Below, piece after piece: positions 19,124-28,693 of a DNA stretch of 64,000 bases. The DNA is from Myxococcota bacterium (lineage in GTDB: Bacteria; Myxococcota_A; UBA796; GCA-2862545), in assembly GCA_039208735.1 (NCBI GenBank), contig JBCCQY010000030.1:9815-73814 (forward strand), in the 5' to 3' direction. The notes under the pieces were generated by a model that saw only the letters and a program-made list of their open reading frames with translations, made no database searches and was not told the DNA's origin. Within the stretch, counting starts at the first letter, position 1, and the number at the start of each line of letters is the position of its first letter. Both the position numbers and the translations under genes were made by a program.

Positions 19124-21292
19124 TTGTCCATTCTCTTGTTGATCCTGTCATGCTTCAGCGGACCGACGACCATCACCGGGGCCGTCCCTGGGGTTGACCG
19201 ACCGGCCACCCTCGAAGCCGAACTCCGCACGCACCTCAACGACCCAGATGCCAAGTATGTCAACCGCCTAGCCAAGGCCTCAAGCCCGTATTTGCGGGAC
19301 CATGCCACGAATCCGGTCGACTGGTATGAGTGGGGTGACGAGCCTTTCGAGCGGGCCCGAGCCGAGAATCGACTGGTGTTTCTTTCGGTCGGCTACCACA
19401 CCTGCCACTGGTGCCATGTGATGGCCGAGGAGTCGTTCGAGGACGACGAGATCGCAGGCGTGCTCAACACGCGCTTCGTCGCCATCAAGGTAGACCGTGA
19501 ACAGCGGCCCGACCTCGATGAGGTTTACATGGGCGCCGTGCAGATGCTCTCGGGACGAGGAGGCTGGCCGCTGACCGCCATCCTCACTCCCGAGGGCGAA
19601 CCTGTATTCGCGGCAACCTACCTGCCCCCGCGCGATGGCGACCGAGGGTCCCGCAAGGGTCTGCTCACCGTGCTGAACTATTTCGCTGAGGAGTGGGGAA
19701 AGGATCCCGAACGGCTGACAAAGGCGGCGGCGGCGATCACCGCGCGACTCGTCCAGGCGGCCAAACCAGCTCCTCCGGGCGACCTGCCGGGCCCCGATGC
19801 CATCGACCATGGGGTACAGGCCTTGCTCGACCGCTACGACCCCACGTACGGGGGCTTCGGCCGAGCTCCAAAGTTCCCCACCCCTTTGCGGTTGGATTTG
19901 CTCCTCGCCGAGGCGTGGCGTCGCAACGACCCGAAGCTTCGCAAGCCCGTTCACGCCACGCTGCGGCAGATGGCCCGGGGTGGCCTGCATGATGTGATCG
20001 GAGGCGGCTTTCACCGCTATGCGACGGACACCGCCTGGCGCGTCCCCCATTTCGAGAAGATGCTGTACGACAACGCACAGCTCCTCTCGACGTACGCCCG
20101 GGTCGCGGCCTTGACCGACGACCCCGAGCTGCGCTGGGTGGCGCGACGCACCGCGGCGTTCCTGGTGGACGAGCTGGCCACGCCCGAGGGCACCTTCATC
20201 GCGGCGCTGGACGCCGACAGCCTCACCGCACGGGGGCACCTCGAAGAAGGCGCGTTCTACACCTTCACCCCGTCCGAAGTCCGTGCGGCGCTGCCCGCGG
20301 CCAAAGCAACCCAAGCGCTCACCACCTTCAGCATCACGAAGCGCGGCAACTTGGACGGTCGTTCGGTTCCGGCGTTGGTCGAGGCTCCGGCTGCGCCATG
20401 GCAGGACGCTGAAGTCGATGCGCTACGCAACACCCTCAAGCAAGCTCGAGCCTCCCGCCCTTCTCCTGCCCGCGACGGGCAGGTCATCGTGGCGTGGAAC
20501 GCATTGGCGATCTCGGGCCTGATCGATGCCGCCCGGAGCCTTGGCGAGTCCCGATGGCAGGACGCGGCCCTCACCGCAGCAGAAGCCCTCTTCAAGGGAG
20601 CCGACGACGAAGGCCATCGGTTGTCCCGGCTCGCCGCGGAGGGAAGCCCTCCTGCCGTCCTCGAGGATGAAGCCAATGCGGCCGTGGCGGCTCTTGATCT
20701 GTTCGGCGCCACCGCCGATCCACGCTGGCTTCGCGTGGCCCAAGCCCGGCTCGCCGTGATCGAGCGTCACTTCGCCGATCCAGCGGGAGGTTGGTTCCGT
20801 CCGGCGAACGACAGCTCCGACCTGCTTCGCCGACCCAAGCCCCAGTTTGAAGGCCCCGAGCCATCCGGGGCCGCCACGGCCATTGAGGCAGGACTGCGTA
20901 TCGCCCATTTGACCGGCACCTCCACCGAGATCGCCGATCGGGCACTGCGGGCGTATGCCCTGATCTTTACCAGTTCCCCCATGGGCATGGGGGCCGTCCT
21001 GCAACAGGTCGTGCGACGCCACGACGCGGCCACCGAAGTGGTCGTCGTGTGGCCCGACCAGGCGGATCCCAAGCCGCTCCTCGACGTGCTGACCCACCAT
21101 GATCTTCCCCACGCCGAGATGATTACGGCGCCGGCCAGCGCGATGGCCCGCGTCAAAGACGTACCGTGGGTCGAGGGCAAGGTTCCTCGCGACGACAAGC
21201 CTACGGCCTACGTCTGCACTGCGGGGGTCTGCGAGTTTCCCGTGACCACCGCAGATGGATTCGATCAGGCCTTGCGCAGGCTGGTTCCGTAA
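19124..21292 (+). CDS. Thioredoxin-domain protein, YyaL/DUF255/SPATA20 family
   Basis: NRLAKASSPYL, NPVDW, CHWCHVM, KVDREQRPD, GGWP, APKFP, VPHFEKMLYDNAQL; start uncertain (TTG 19124 preferred). Confidence 0.92.
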   Translation: MSILLLILSCFSGPTTITGAVPGVDRPATLEAELRTHLNDPDAKYVNRLAKASSPYLRDHATNPVDWYEWGDEPFERARAENRLVFLSVGYHTCHWCHVMAEESFEDDEIAGVLNTRFVAIKVDREQRPDLDEVYMGAVQMLSGRGGWPLTAILTPEGEPVFAATYLPPRDGDRGSRKGLLTVLNYFAEEWGKDPERLTKAAAAITARLVQAAKPAPPGDLPGPDAIDHGVQALLDRYDPTYGGFGRAPKFPTPLRLDLLLAEAWRRNDPKLRKPVHATLRQMARGGLHDVIGGGFHRYATDTAWRVPHFEKMLYDNAQLLSTYARVAALTDDPELRWVARRTAAFLVDELATPEGTFIAALDADSLTARGHLEEGAFYTFTPSEVRAALPAAKATQALTTFSITKRGNLDGRSVPALVEAPAAPWQDAEVDALRNTLKQARASRPSPARDGQVIVAWNALAISGLIDAARSLGESRWQDAALTAAEALFKGADDEGHRLSRLAAEGSPPAVLEDEANAAVAALDLFGATADPRWLRVAQARLAVIERHFADPAGGWFRPANDSSDLLRRPKPQFEGPEPSGAATAIEAGLRIAHLTGTSTEIADRALRAYALIFTSSPMGMGAVLQQVVRRHDAATEVVVVWPDQADPKPLLDVLTHHDLPHAEMITAPASAMARVKDVPWVEGKVPRDDKPTAYVCTAGVCEFPVTTADGFDQALRRLVP

Positions 21293-21296
21293 GACC

Positions 21297-21869
21297 CTAC
21301 TCGGCGTCGATCGCCAACACGAATGGCCCGTAGTCGTCGTCGCCGTAGCCATCAACCTGCGCGATGACGGTCTGACCTGCCTCCAGCGTCACGGACACCC
21401 GAGACTGAAAGGTGATGCCGTTGTAGTCATCGTCACACGCCAACTCGGGTCCGTCGCAACTCTCGAGAACCACCAGGACCGTGTCGAACACGTTGGATGG
21501 GTCGTCGACGAGGTCGAATCGATAGGTACCGGCGGCGGGCGCGGTGAATCCAATGAGCATCTCTGGGCCATCCTCACCCTGGCCCGCTCGGCAAGACGGC
21601 CGCAGCCTATCGGTGTGTTCAGAGGTGTCGCCCGTGACCGTCTCGCTGACCTTGCCCTGCGCCCAGGCATCCACACAGTCGAACGAAGGAGTCGTGACCA
21701 ACTCCCCCGTCTCGATGGGAACCGTGTCGACGGGAAGGACGGTGCCTTCCGGCGCCCGGTCGATCGCAGGCTCGGGGTCGTCGCCCGTCTGCGGACCACC
21801 GGAGAACTCGTCGGTCGACGTGACGTCGCAGCCAATGGCCAACCCGAGCATCCATGACAACCTGGTCAT
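21297..21869 (-). CDS. Putative lipoprotein with PPC-like beta-sandwich
   Basis: AIGC lipobox; FDTVLVV...ELACDDD...VDGY pattern typical of pre-peptidase C-terminal-like domains. Confidence 0.65.
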   Translation of the reverse strand: MTRLSWMLGLAIGCDVTSTDEFSGGPQTGDDPEPAIDRAPEGTVLPVDTVPIETGELVTTPSFDCVDAWAQGKVSETVTGDTSEHTDRLRPSCRAGQGEDGPEMLIGFTAPAAGTYRFDLVDDPSNVFDTVLVVLESCDGPELACDDDYNGITFQSRVSVTLEAGQTVIAQVDGYGDDDYGPFVLAIDAE

Positions 21870-21915
21870 CGGCCCTCCGACGCGCTTCTTATCCGAGCGC
21901 AGAGACCGTGTCGGG

Positions 21916-22194
21916 CTATAGGCGTCGCTTCTTCGGCGTCGGCGGCGCGGGAGCGGGGTTCTCAGGGGCCGGTGGTGATGCCTCGGGTGCCGGCGGAGCC
22001 TCCGCTTGGGGTTCCGAACGCTCGGGCTCGGCATCGAATCCTGCGGCCCTCGCAAGCTGCTCGTTCGCCTTTCGCGCCGCTTCGCGGGCCCGTCCGACCA
22101 ACTCTTCGGGGTCCGCCTCGAATTCATCGAACGACTTCTGCAGCTCGATGACCTTGCCTCGAGCGAGATTGGTCAACCTCTTGAAGATGCTCAT
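21916..22194 (-). CDS. Small protein with PspA-like N-terminal amphipathic helix and Pro-rich tail
   Basis: GAGG SD, MSIFKRLTNLARGKV...EADPEELV. Confidence 0.6.
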   Translation of the reverse strand: MSIFKRLTNLARGKVIELQKSFDEFEADPEELVGRAREAARKANEQLARAAGFDAEPERSEPQAEAPPAPEASPPAPENPAPAPPTPKKRRL

Positions 22195-22201
22195 CGCGAC
22201 C

Positions 22202-22537
22202 TCACGGCGAGACGGGAGTGGGGGCGGACTGCGTAACCAGAGGCGGTGCACAGTCGTCGTAGGACATGGAGGCTTGGCCAGCGTCATTGCACGTGGTGTT
22301 GTCGACAAGGCACCGGTAGTACGGGCCCCAATCGACCCCCGACTGTACCCCGTCGCAGAAATTGTCGGGGTCGTAGCTAAGCCCCAAACAGGACTCGAGC
22401 CCGTTCATGTGAGCCACGTAGTCGCGGCACAGGTTGACGTCTCCGACGGTCCCGCCCGAGCCTGTAAGGCTCGAGAGCATGTCGCAACCCGCCAGCGGAA
22501 GCCCCCCAATCACGAGGAGGCGAAGAGCAGAGGTCAT
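22202..22537 (-). CDS. Small Cys-rich lipoprotein
   Basis: LAGC lipobox plus six further Cys; alternative start at 22576 (ATGA overlap with kinase). Confidence 0.65.
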   Translation of the reverse strand: MTSALRLLVIGGLPLAGCDMLSSLTGSGGTVGDVNLCRDYVAHMNGLESCLGLSYDPDNFCDGVQSGVDWGPYYRCLVDNTTCNDAGQASMSYDDCAPPLVTQSAPTPVSP

Positions 22538-22572
22538 GCCGTCCTGTACTGTTTTGACGGGTCCCCCGCACC

Positions 22573-24390
22573 TCATGGCACCTCCGGAACCGTCTCGACC
22601 ACCATGGCATCCTCGTTGACCTCAGCCGCAGGATTTCCTCCGATCGGGGGCCCTTCGGCAGGCAGGGTCTCGATGCTCGACCGGGCCTCGGCAAGTTCGG
22701 CTTCCCGGGCGGCAAGGGCCTCGAGCGCTTGGTCACGAGCGATCCGCATGGCCTCGAACTCCGCTTCGAGCAATCCAAGACGGGCCTCCATGTCGGCCAG
22801 CCGTGCGGTCGTGTCGGCGAGGGAGGCACGCAGGACCCCGCCTTCGGCTTGCAATCCTTCCACGGTGAGGTTCGCAGCTTCGAGGTCGGCAAGCGCTTCG
22901 TCTCGAAGCAACCTCAATTCTTCGAGGGAAGCGGTCAACGCAGCACTCTGCTCCTCCGCCGCTCGCCGTTGTTCCAGCTCCACTCGATAGCGGCGTTCCG
23001 CGGCGGACTCGGAAAGCAGCGCCTGTTGGTGGGCGCGCTCAGCATCTTTCAGGTCCGCTTGCGTGTCCGCGAGCTGCGTCGCTGCCTCGGCCACTTCATC
23101 CTCGAAGTCGGAGACCTGTTTGCGGTAGTCGCCCATGGTCACACGAGCTTCATCGATGTCAGCGGTCAGGTCCCTTCGACGCTGCTCGAGAAACCCCACG
23201 GCGGCACCGAATGCCACCAAGGTGACGAGCAACAGGCCGACCGTCACCGCAGCGGTGCGATGGCGAGCCACGAACAGCCCCACCCTGAGGAGCGGGGCCG
23301 TGCCGTCGACCGCCGTCGCATAGCCGTTGAGCCAGGCTTCGAGGTCTTGAGCCAACGCCACCGCTGTGGGGTAGCGGCGCCTTGGGGTGCGATGCATCGC
23401 GCGTTCGACGATGCGGGCCAAGCGGCGAGGGACGCGGGCCCGCCGGCGCAGGCGAACCGGCGGCCCCCGCTTCACCTGGGCCAGCACATCGAGCGCAGGC
23501 ACTCGGGCGCTCTCGGCCGCCAGATAAGGGTGGTCACCCACAATCAGCGCGTAGAGGGTGGCGCCCAACGCATACACATCGGTGGTGCGACTTGGGGGCT
23601 CCCCGCGGGCCTGCTCGGGAGGCATGTAGGCGGGCGTCCCGACAATGGCCCCCTTTCCGACATCCGTCTGGACGGTGACCGTCCGGTTCGCCGCCGTGCC
23701 CGCCGTAGGCGCCGGGTAGACCTGATCTGCAGCCAGACCAAAGTCGGTCACTTTGGCGCGACGGCTGACCGGGGTGAGCAGGATGTTGCCGGGCTTAAGG
23801 TCCCGATGCAGAACCCCGATGCGGTGTGCTGCCTCGACCCCCCGGGCGGCCTCCGCCACGACCCGCACCTTCTCCGCCAACGACTGCAACGTCACTTCGG
23901 ACAGACTCTGTCCCGTCGTCAGCGCTTCCGAGCCATCATCCGTGGGCTCATACTCAGCGCACAACTCCATCTCGATGAACGGGGGACCACCGGGAACGCG
24001 TCCGGCCGTCTTGATGCGAACCACATGGTCGCTAATGATCGAGGATGCAGCGCGTGCTTCGTGGAGAACGACCTGTAGCGCACCATCGCCCCGAACGTTC
24101 TCGGGATGCAGGAGCTTGAGGGCCGTGAACGCGCGGAGGTGCGTATCCCAAGCCTGCCAGACGCTCGCCGTGGCGCCTTCGCCCAGCTTGCGCTCGAGCC
24201 GGTACGGTCCAAGCATCGTGCCCGTTGCGATGGCAACCGGACGCTCCATTTCCGCCTCCGCCGACAACAATGCGCGCACCTGGGCCTCGGCCGCGGGGTC
24301 GCCTTTGCAGCGTTCGACGATCGCGTGCTCCCGTTCTTCGATTGGGAGTTCGGAAAGCTCCTGAAACAGCTCGTCGACGTACAAGCTCAC
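22573..24390 (-). CDS. Hanks-type Ser/Thr protein kinase with TM and C-terminal coiled coil
   Basis: GEGATASV, ALK, HRDLKPGN, DFG, GTPAYMPPE, DVYALG; GTGA overlap with the ECF gene. Confidence 0.93.
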   Translation of the reverse strand: MSLYVDELFQELSELPIEEREHAIVERCKGDPAAEAQVRALLSAEAEMERPVAIATGTMLGPYRLERKLGEGATASVWQAWDTHLRAFTALKLLHPENVRGDGALQVVLHEARAASSIISDHVVRIKTAGRVPGGPPFIEMELCAEYEPTDDGSEALTTGQSLSEVTLQSLAEKVRVVAEAARGVEAAHRIGVLHRDLKPGNILLTPVSRRAKVTDFGLAADQVYPAPTAGTAANRTVTVQTDVGKGAIVGTPAYMPPEQARGEPPSRTTDVYALGATLYALIVGDHPYLAAESARVPALDVLAQVKRGPPVRLRRRARVPRRLARIVERAMHRTPRRRYPTAVALAQDLEAWLNGYATAVDGTAPLLRVGLFVARHRTAAVTVGLLLVTLVAFGAAVGFLEQRRRDLTADIDEARVTMGDYRKQVSDFEDEVAEAATQLADTQADLKDAERAHQQALLSESAAERRYRVELEQRRAAEEQSAALTASLEELRLLRDEALADLEAANLTVEGLQAEGGVLRASLADTTARLADMEARLGLLEAEFEAMRIARDQALEALAAREAELAEARSSIETLPAEGPPIGGNPAAEVNEDAMVVETVPEVP

Positions 24391-24926
24391 GAGGATCCCT
24401 CGTCGAGTCGGGCCGCGAGCCACGCCTTCACAAAGCGCACATCGCTGCCCACCGTGGATTTTGGGATGCCCGTGAGCGAAGCGATCTCGGACTCCGACAG
24501 CCCACCGTACAGCGCAAACCGAGCCAGCCGCGCCTTACGCGCCCCGTTGCGAATGCGCTCCGTCGTGACCTCGAGTTCATCGAGGAGGGCATCCACCGCG
24601 AGCAGGGTTTCCGGCTGTTCATGCGACAGGCCAGGAATATCCTGGAGTTCTACTCGAATCCCCGAAGTCGGCCGTTTGGCGGCACGTCGACGACGGGCGT
24701 GGTCCACGAGCTCTCGGCGCATCTGGGTCACCGCTAAGGCGACCACCTTCTCGGGTTCGTTCTCCGCGACCTCCCGCAGATCGCCCGACAGGAGACGAAT
24801 CCAGGCTTGATGGACCAACTCCATCGACTCGAGCGTGTGCGCATAGGGTTCGCGACGAAGCAACGCACGTGCGACCACGCGCAGCTCATCGTAGATCGAA
24901 CGCAGGTTGCTCCCATCATCGCTCAT
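24387..24926 (-). CDS. ECF sigma factor of the kinase-associated (TIGR02999/ECF43-like) type
   Basis: IYDELRVVAR, HTL-x4-LVH-x-AWIRL, MRRELVDHARRRRAAKR, EIA...STV-x-SD-x2-F-x-KAWL. Confidence 0.85.
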   Translation of the reverse strand: MSDDGSNLRSIYDELRVVARALLRREPYAHTLESMELVHQAWIRLLSGDLREVAENEPEKVVALAVTQMRRELVDHARRRRAAKRPTSGIRVELQDIPGLSHEQPETLLAVDALLDELEVTTERIRNGARKARLARFALYGGLSESEIASLTGIPKSTVGSDVRFVKAWLAARLDEGSS

Positions 24927-25007
24927 GCTCGGCTCGTATCTCGCAAGATCGTTTGGGTCGGCGAGCCGTCGTTTGCGCTGATACACGCGAGACCTCGGGA
25001 GGTTCGA

Positions 25008-25547
25008 ATGAAGTCCCTTTTGATTGCGACGGCCCTCGTGCTTGCCTTGCCCGCATGCAAGAAGACGGCCCCCGAAGCGGCGGCGACGCTCACCACGCCA
25101 CCCCCCACCGCCACGACAAAACCCGTCGACGAGCAGGCCGCAGCAAACCAGCTCGTCGAAAATTTCCAACGCGTGTTCTTCGAAACCGACAGCTCACGCC
25201 TCGACACCGGCAGTCAGGACGCCCTTCGGGCCAATGCTCGAATCCTCGAAGCGTTCCCGCGCATCGAAATCGAGGTGCAGGGACACGCCGATGAACGCGG
25301 AACCATCGACTACAACCTGGCCCTGGGTCAACGCCGCGGCGAGTCCGTCGTCGACTTCCTGCGTCGTGAGGGCGTGGCGCCGTCGCGGCTCAAGATTGTG
25401 AGCTACGGTGAAGAACGTCCGCTGGATCGCTCCAACGGCACCTCGGCGTGGGCCAAGAATCGACGAGCCGAGTTCCGGGTCCTGACGGGCGACGCCCAGG
25501 TCGCAGGCACGGTCACGACGTCGGGACGACCGGTCGGCGGGCCGTAA
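25008..25547 (+). CDS. pal: Peptidoglycan-associated OmpA-family lipoprotein (Pal-like)
   Basis: LPAC lipobox, VFFETDS, GHADERGTIDYNLALGQRR, SYGEERP, KNRRAEF. Confidence 0.88.
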   Translation: MKSLLIATALVLALPACKKTAPEAAATLTTPPPTATTKPVDEQAAANQLVENFQRVFFETDSSRLDTGSQDALRANARILEAFPRIEIEVQGHADERGTIDYNLALGQRRGESVVDFLRREGVAPSRLKIVSYGEERPLDRSNGTSAWAKNRRAEFRVLTGDAQVAGTVTTSGRPVGGP

Positions 25548-26091
25548 TCACAATCGCCGGAGGGAGGTTCCGCCACGTGACCTCGCTCCGCTCTACCTCG
25601 TCGAACTGCTGGTGGAGCATCTCTTCAAAGCGGCGAAAGCCCGGCAGCACGACGCTGTGGACATAACTGAACGTCACCAGCACCCCGTTGGGTCGAAGCA
25701 CGCCCAAGATTCCGTCGAGTTCGCGCTTCTGGTCGGACAGTCGCCACGCCGCCCATGGCAGGCTGCTCACGACCCGGTCCACGGAACCCGGTCCGAGAAG
25801 CTTCGGCAATTGCCGCGCCGGAGCTTCCGCGAGGTCCTGCTCGGGAAAGCGTGTGCGCAACGTCTGGATGAACGGCGGATGGGGTTCGAGCACCAGCTCC
25901 AGCGGCGTGACTTCGAGCAGCGCTTGAGTCACCACACCGGTGCCTGCTCCAACTTCCACCACCCGGTGGTCAGGAAGCAGGTCGGCCCGCTCTACCATCG
26001 CGTCTGCGAGTTCCGAACTGGAAGGTGCCACTGCCCCGATCCTACGCGGTCGTTGAAGGAACTGGAAGAGGAACGAGAAGAATTCCGTCAC
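25513..26091 (-). CDS. Class I SAM methyltransferase, phospholipid N-methyltransferase (PmtA)-like
   Basis: P-x2-IGAVAPSS, VVEVGAGTG, VVSSLP, WRNLPPA. Confidence 0.82.
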   Translation of the reverse strand: MTEFFSFLFQFLQRPRRIGAVAPSSSELADAMVERADLLPDHRVVEVGAGTGVVTQALLEVTPLELVLEPHPPFIQTLRTRFPEQDLAEAPARQLPKLLGPGSVDRVVSSLPWAAWRLSDQKRELDGILGVLRPNGVLVTFSYVHSVVLPGFRRFEEMLHQQFDEVERSEVTWRNLPPAIVITARRPVVPTS

Positions 26092-26709
26092 TGCACGCCG
26101 GAACGACACGTCACATGAAGGGCGAATGCGCCCTCTTCGTCATCTCTGCCTTCCACAACCACAAACCAGGGTCGAGCCGCCCCTTGATTCACGATGTCGA
26201 TGTGCTCCCGAGCGGTGCCCTTTCGCACGCTCGCTTCGCACTTGCGCGTGACCGAACCTGGCTCGGGGGCAGGTGTCTTCGGAGCCTCCGGGGAATGCGA
26301 ACAGGCTTAGGTCGGCACAGGGACTGTCGAGCCAGACCTCGTAGTGCCATTCACCTTCGGGCAGATCGAGGCGATATACGCGCTCGTCGCCTCCATCGTG
26401 GTTGGTGGTGAACGGCGTGCAGAACTTTTGCTCGTAGAAGCGGGAGTCGTACAACTCGACGCCTCCCCGCGTGTGGCCGATCATGGCTTGATCGCAAGTC
26501 AGGATGCCCGAAAGGCAATCTGGGCCTGTCACGGGCCCTCCGTCGACGAGCTGGTCACACTGTGCGCTTGTGACCGCCGCCTTCGGACCCGGCAGGAATG
26601 TACGAGCCCCGGTTCGGGCAATCGGTCCTGGTTTTTCGACATCCACCCCATTCTCGAATTCGAGCGGCGCACAGCAAGCCGCGAGATAGTAAAGCCAGGA
26701 CCACCACAT
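26088..26709 (-). pseudogene. Cys-rich exported protein with an apparent single-base frameshift at 26265-26269
   Basis: Removing one base from the G5 run restores EPGSVTRKCEAS...PWFVVVEGRDDEEGAFALHVTCRSGVQ*, whose TGA overlaps the next GTG start. Could be a sequencing error. Confidence 0.65.
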
Positions 26710-26833
26710 CCGTCACCTCACCCGGGAACGTTCATCTACGTCGCCCACCCACGGCCTGGTAACGGAAACGTGATGATGTTGAACGCGGAAGGAGTCTGGG
26801 TCTGGCATACTTCGCCCCATTCGGAGTGGACCC

Positions 26834-27247
26834 ATGGTTCGACGTTCGCGTGGCGCAGCGGCCCTCGAGTTTGTCTTGATCCTCCCCTTCCTCCTTTTGC
26901 TGATGGCGGGAATGGTGGACGGTGCGCTGTTCTTTTCCAACGCACAGCGCGCGCTGCTGGCGGCCTCGGCGGGTGCCCGTGCGGGGGCGACGACCGAGGA
27001 GCAGTCGCCAATCGATGGGTCTGAGATCGTCAACGCGGCCACCCAGGCGGCAACCGACCAACTCAACCGCGGGGCGGTGGTCCCGGCCCTCCATTCGGTC
27101 CGCGTCGAATGGCTCGACCGAGGAGGCCACACCTACGTCATCGTCACCGTGGAGGTCGAAAGCCAGCGCCTGTTCCCTTCGCTGACCCCCTTTCCCGATC
27201 GGGTCAGTCGGCGGGTGGCGATGATGACCGTCGAGCAGCTCCCGTAG
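26834..27247 (+). CDS. TadE/TadG-like pseudopilin
   Basis: RG|AAALEFVLILPFLLLL prepilin motif (Glu at +5), A-x3-GARAGA. Confidence 0.85.
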   Translation: MVRRSRGAAALEFVLILPFLLLLMAGMVDGALFFSNAQRALLAASAGARAGATTEEQSPIDGSEIVNAATQAATDQLNRGAVVPALHSVRVEWLDRGGHTYVIVTVEVESQRLFPSLTPFPDRVSRRVAMMTVEQLP

Positions 27248-27255
27248 GAGGAGGA

Positions 27256-27277
27256 CCAGGATCCGTCTGGATCCTGG
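27256..27277. terminator. 9-bp hairpin immediately after the tadE-like gene
   Basis: CCAGGATCC-GTCT-GGATCCTGG; no U-tract. Confidence 0.35.
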
Positions 27278-27605
27278 CCACCACGCCCTCGGTACAGACC
27301 CCAGGCGCCCTTGACGTGGGGATCCTCCACATCCATGACGTCGAGCGCCCGGTCCTGGCCGCCGATTGGGTCGGGCATCGACGGCGAGGTTGCGCCGGAA
27401 CCGCGCGGTGTTCCTCCAACGCCCTTGTCGGAACCCCAGGGGTGGACGTCGACTCGTGCAGCTCGACGTCCTGACAAGTCGTCACGCTTCAGCGGTCCCG
27501 GGTACGACCTGGCGTCAACGTGTCGCGAGACCGTTCCACACCGCCTTGGCAGGGCCGTCCTCCGGCTGGAATGAGAACTGCACGTGCCGCGCCCGGAGGT
27601 GGCCC

Positions 27606-28160
27606 ATGTGGGGATTCGTGCTGGGGTGGGTCTTGGGATGCGACATCGCAGGCCCGTTGGGCCCGGGAATCGGTTCGGAGGAACTGCTTGCGGGCCTCGT
27701 CGACCTCAGTCAAGAACTCGAGGCACTCGAGCGCAGGGTCGAAGCCCTCGATGCAGCCCCTCCGGCGGAGGCGGTGCCGCTTGATGGCTGCCTCCCCTGG
27801 TCCAGAATGACCGAGTTGCTCGATGAAGCGACCCTTCGGCCCCGCCGGCCGTTCGGAGCGTTCGACGGACTCGTCCTCGTCGCGGACGGAAACCTGGCGG
27901 AGGTGCTCGGTTTGTTGCCGGGCGACCGCCTCATGTCTGTTCAAGGGTGGACCATGGCCACCGAGCGGGACCGTGCCCGCCTCCGCCGCGGGTTCGAACT
28001 CGACCCGCCCTCGCTCGTCACGCTCGAAATCCGCCGTCGCCGACCGGGAGATCGAAACGTCGATGACGCGTATGTGCTGACCTACCGCCTGGTGGAGGAG
28101 CTGGAGGACTGCCTCAATACGGGTGGGTCTGCACCCGAGGGTCGGCCGGGGCTGGAGTGA
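27606..28160 (+). CDS. Putative lipoprotein with GspC-type PDZ-like domain
   Basis: GGAGG SD, VLGC lipobox, LGLLPGDRLMSVQG...VTLEIRRR. Confidence 0.6.
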   Translation: MWGFVLGWVLGCDIAGPLGPGIGSEELLAGLVDLSQELEALERRVEALDAAPPAEAVPLDGCLPWSRMTELLDEATLRPRRPFGAFDGLVLVADGNLAEVLGLLPGDRLMSVQGWTMATERDRARLRRGFELDPPSLVTLEIRRRRPGDRNVDDAYVLTYRLVEELEDCLNTGGSAPEGRPGLE

Positions 28161-28611
28161 GCCGGGCCTGCACCGCCATCGTCGCCTCAAGACGCTTCAC
28201 GTCGCTCACGAGACGCTGATGCTGACGAGCTTCGTGGGGAAGCAGGGGCGCCGACCGTCCTAGGACGAGCAGGGCCAGGTGGGCACACAGCGCAAAGAGC
28301 AAGCCACACACCGCCAACATGGCCAATGCAATCGGCAACGGAATGACTGCGGCCGCTTCGAGGCGAGACACGATCACCGCGAAGTCCCGCTCAATCAAGC
28401 TGACGAGCATCACCCCAATCGCTGCGACCCCGAACACGATCGTCGAAAAGAGCGAGAGCGACCGCAACAGCAGGAACGGGTGGAAAGGCCGAGTGCTACG
28501 CAACCGTTCGATGACCCGCCGGTTGAGCGTTTGCCGCTCGAATTTCTCGAGCTTGTCCCGAGCGACCGCAAGTTGCGGCGCCAAATCCTGCCTCTCCTGC
28601 CACGTGAGCAT
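28114..28611 (-). CDS. Two-TM membrane protein, unknown function
   Basis: MLTWQERQ start, two hydrophobic segments flanked by helical regions. Confidence 0.65.
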   Translation of the reverse strand: MLTWQERQDLAPQLAVARDKLEKFERQTLNRRVIERLRSTRPFHPFLLLRSLSLFSTIVFGVAAIGVMLVSLIERDFAVIVSRLEAAAVIPLPIALAMLAVCGLLFALCAHLALLVLGRSAPLLPHEARQHQRLVSDVKRLEATMAVQARLTPAPADPRVQTHPY

Positions 28612-28693
28612 CCGCCGGCTCCCCACGGACCGAGGATGGGAATGGTCCGCGTGCTCAGCGAGTCTAGCGCCGGCGCAACGTCGTCGCGAGTTC

